From Takakia lepidozioides (lineage: Eukaryota; Plantae; Bryophyta), in contig JAKLZA010000059.1 of assembly GCA_030704615.1 (NCBI GenBank), forward strand, positions 1 to 25,000: 25,000 nt of DNA. Reading direction: 5' to 3'. Within the stretch, counting starts at the first letter, position 1. The number at the start of each line of letters is the position of its first letter. Of this stretch, positions 21,481 through 25,000 are shown in pieces. The position numbers and the translations under genes are program-made. The notes under the pieces are model-generated. The model ran no database searches and was not told the origin of the DNA. It worked only from the letters and a program-made list of their open reading frames with translations.

Positions 21481-22384
21481 CTTTCCCTTCTCTACCCACA
21501 CTTGAAGCTGAAGATTTTTTTGCTTTCATGGTGAGATAAAAAAAGATTTGGGAGAGCATGAGACTCATACAGAATCTATGTATAAAAACACAAATCAAGT
21601 TTTGATGTTAATGCTGTTAGACTTTGAAAGTTCGACAAAGTACAATATACAGAAATTGCAAACATTAGCCTTCCAAAAGAATTATGTCAAGTATCAATCA
21701 CTTTTTTAATTTACAATAAATGGGCAACTATATTCCAAGTCATTCCACTTCAACCTTTGGCACAATCCCATCTCTTTCCCATGGGCTAAATATCGGTTGT
21801 CCGTCTTAATTATAAGTATTACTCATATGTGTATGGGGTTTACAAATCCTAAGACTCCATATGTTGATGTTGTTGTCCAGCATATATCCTAAATGTATAG
21901 CCATGAGGTAAGGGCACAAACCACCTCACCAATGGTTGTGGGTTCAAACCACATGTTGGATGTCATAAAGGTGTCCACCTTCCCACTAGACAAGTGTTTT
22001 TATTTCTTTCATTTTTTATCCATGTGAATTCTATCCGGAGCCCATGTGGTGAGAATAACGAGGTGGCCAGGTTAGAAAAGTGGCTATATACTACGTGGCA
22101 TGTTTTCACTGATCCGCCTTATCAAAATCAGGCTCTTGATATTCAACTACTGACACTTTTTGGTGAAATTTTTGGATTTTATCCCCATAATTCCCTTGTA
22201 CAAGTAGCTGGCCCAATTTCCAAGTCATAGTGATGTTTTGCTAGAGAAAAAAACGCTACCATTAGTAAGCCAAATGACACCATAGATTAAGCTTGCTTTC
22301 GGCAACGTCTTAACATTTTTTATGAAAAGCAAAGTAATTGGCATGTCATAAAAAGATCTTTGCATCAACATATAATGTCACATC

Positions 22385-22620
22385 AGCTAGTAGCTCAGCT
22401 GGTAAGTGCACAGTGTGTAGCTCTGGTGGTTTGGGGTTCAAATCTGCTGCCCTGCCAGGTGTGTGGATTGTTTGTGACCGGCTGGTTGGGTGGTGATGTT
22501 TCCCACTGTGTGCCTAATGGCATATCTGAAAGGGGGTTAATTTTTCCCCCTCCTCAAGGGCCTGAATTGTGAGCAGTCGCTCCCAGGTTTCCTTTTTTCA
22601 ATATATATATATATATATAT
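22385..22620 (+). mobile_element. tRNA-derived SINE (~235 bp) with (AT)n tail
   Basis: Pol III A box TAGCTCAGCTGG at 22391-22402 and B box GGTTCAAATCT at 22435-22445, then a non-tRNA body, a T run and an (AT)n microsatellite ending at 22620. Confidence 0.85.
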
Positions 22621-22866
22621 GAGGAAGTCCATGCGTATCTGTAACTAGTATTCTGATTTAATGTAGGATGGAAAAATAATGGCTTGTCTCCTTATTCGCC
22701 CACCACGTGCCAATGAAGACGCAACTTTTAATGTTTTTGGAGGTATTTATACATTCAAAATTATTGCTTGATTTTTAAGAAGACAAAACATAATATAATT
22801 CTAACTACAATACTGTTCAAAATAAACTTAAGCATATTCAATATGATATTTATTTATGTTAATCAC

Positions 22867-22981
22867 AAAAAATGATATATAGAGGTGTATCATTGTTTAG
22901 TAAAATATTATATTTATAAACTTAAGCATAGAAAAAAATGATATATATAGGTGTATCATTGTTTAGTAAAATACTTATATT
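22867..22981. repeat. Local tandem duplication, ~66 bp period
   Basis: aaaaaatgatatata(g/t)aggtgtatcattgtttagtaaaata occurs twice; ataaacttaagcata also recurs at ~22822. Confidence 0.85.
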
Positions 22982-25000
22982 CGTAGTGTTAATAATTCTC
23001 TTACCTCACATGATGCAAAATCATGTATTGATATTATATAATGAATCCAAATGCATCGAATGGAAGTAAGTTACAAGCCTAGCTACCAAAGTTTCTTTTA
23101 AAGACAATTAAATATAGCCCCTTGCATATGAACTATAATAAGGTTCATATAATATAATATGGTCATTTAATGTATTGATATTAACTTTAAATTTAAAACA
23201 TATTGTTCGTGGAAGTTGTAGCTTATTTGATGCGAAACCATGTATTTATATATGATAATGAACTCAAACGGATTGGATGGATGGAAGATAAGGATTGTCG
23301 ACATCTTCAATAACCAAAAGCTCAAATAGGTAAAATTCGGCTGATCAAGCTTAATGTTTATAAGCATGTTTTAAGAGTAATTGCTGAAATGAGGTAATGA
23401 TCAATGAAATATAAAATCCTAAAAATCAGAATACATTGTCAATATAATTGTCTCCATATCATTATCTTAAAATATATAATAATAAGCCAAACGAATATTT
23501 ACAGTGAAGAAAATTCATCAATTTATCCATAAACAGTTTAATGATGTGTTTTATGACAATGTTTTACTTAGCAGTTTAAAAGAAAAACATATAAGAATGT
23601 ATGCTTAAAGACAAGTAACAATACCCCTAAAAATACGACATATCTATATGATCGGACCGGTAATATTTTGTTCCTAATTGGATAGGGAGCCCAATTGCCA
23701 TTATCTGAAGCTGGTGAGATCCCCATGAATACTGTACCATGTACAATACTACATATATATTATATAAGTGCATAGAAACACTGTTCAAATAAGATGAATT
23801 AAGAATTACAGATAAAGTAAGTGCCAAACTTTGAATACAACCTTTTGTTAAGGGCCCTTGTATGTTGTTTTGCACTTCACTGTATTTTCAAAAGTAAATA
23901 TTGTTAAAGATCACTCTTTTCATGAATATGTCCTGCTTCAAAGCCCAGTTCGCCAATGAGATGTATCCTTAGTGGGGATATATATAAGAATATTACTCTA
24001 TTGAATCAATTATAATATCATTCGGATGTGTTGGACATACCGAGTTTCAATTATTTCAACAATCATCTCCTAAGATGTTTAATTTTGTTTGTTGCCTCCC
24101 AAAAAGCCCATATTTATGGACGTATTAGTGATTTTATTCCGGCCAGATTTATATGGATTGAGATGTTTTACATATTTAATGTTCCAATGATGATACATGT
24201 GCAGCTTCGAGGATCTACAACAATAATTTCATAACTCGATGAGTTTGATTAGGAAATTTTAGAGAAAACTACTTGCAATGCTTACGCATTATAGATGGCA
24301 AACGACAAAAAAAGTTCAACCCTTTAAGGCCCGATAGCCGGAATTACATCATGTGTTTTTGACTTCACATCATTAACGCTTAATCTCCCAAGCCCGTTTT
24401 CAACATTTTGGCCATTTTTGGTACCCCCAGAGACTGAAATGCCCATAACTCCTTACCATCTTTCATCCACAGGTTTCAACCATACAACATTGTACCTAGC
24501 TTGGATATGTATAACCCCTCCAAATAAATTCAATAAATTCAATTGTGGGAATAAAAAATGATATTAATTCACGCGGAAGTTTTTAAAAAAAACTATGTCG
24601 CCTCCCGAAAGGAGCGTAGATCACGATGTCTCATGATCCCAAAGGACTACTGCCTTCCGGTGGCAAGGTAGACACCTTTATGACATAATTGGTGGATTGA
24701 ACACACGACCACTTCCAAGGTGTTATGTGCACACTGCTACTGGGCTACAACTTGGTTGTTTCTAAAGTTCGCGTCTAGCTAGACTAGGGTTTCGCGTTGC
24801 TCCGCACACCTAGCGATGAATTCTAAGAAGTACGTTCAATTGGGGGTTGGTATCCTCTGAGCACAGCGTGAGTACGCTCCCACGGTCATGGGAGTTTTAT
24901 GTTTTTAAACCTCAGTCATAGGAGTTGTATGTTTTCAAAACTGAATAAAACCATAAGCGGATATAGTTTTTGGTGCATTTGTACATAACATCTGCGCCAA

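Noticed and set aside
21900-21960. Second tRNA/SINE-like head (ggttcaaacc B-box-like)
   Set aside because: The A box is poor and no tail or shared body was found; too degenerate to call.
22385-22460. tRNA gene
   Set aside because: It has A and B boxes but no good acceptor or anticodon stems, and it continues into a SINE body and tail.
24324-25000. Possible DNA transposon starting TAA|GGCCCG
   Set aside because: No matching TIR or coding remnant within the window; cannot be supported.

Overview
Eukaryotic, land-plant-like nuclear DNA with short GT-AG introns. The left ~16.5 kb is GC-richer and gene-dense; the right ~8.5 kb is AT-rich. Apparently intact genes: the 3' end of a mitochondrial ADP/ATP carrier (+), an intronless, divergent casein kinase 1-like ORF with HRD->HRN and a degenerate Gly-rich loop (probable retroposed pseudokinase, +), a 6-7 exon YqgF/RuvX RNase H-fold nuclease gene that the ORF track does not reveal (-), and a 3-exon DAD1-like phospholipase A1 (-). 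The 1.2-7.3 kb interval around the CK1-like gene is a mosaic of decayed, intron-containing fragments of unrelated genes: serine:glyoxylate aminotransferase, RabH1/Rab6, unidentified exons, and a ~180 bp direct repeat. A ~305 bp inverted copy of the PLA1 5' end lies just upstream of the YqgF start, probably inside an intron of its 5' leader. The AT-rich right part holds a disrupted nucellin/APCB1-like aspartic protease pseudogene and TE relics: a tRNA-derived SINE, LINE-like 3' fragments sharing a 3' hairpin motif with that SINE, and a hAT-like element. All protein identities come from recalled family motifs and hand translation; no database search was run.
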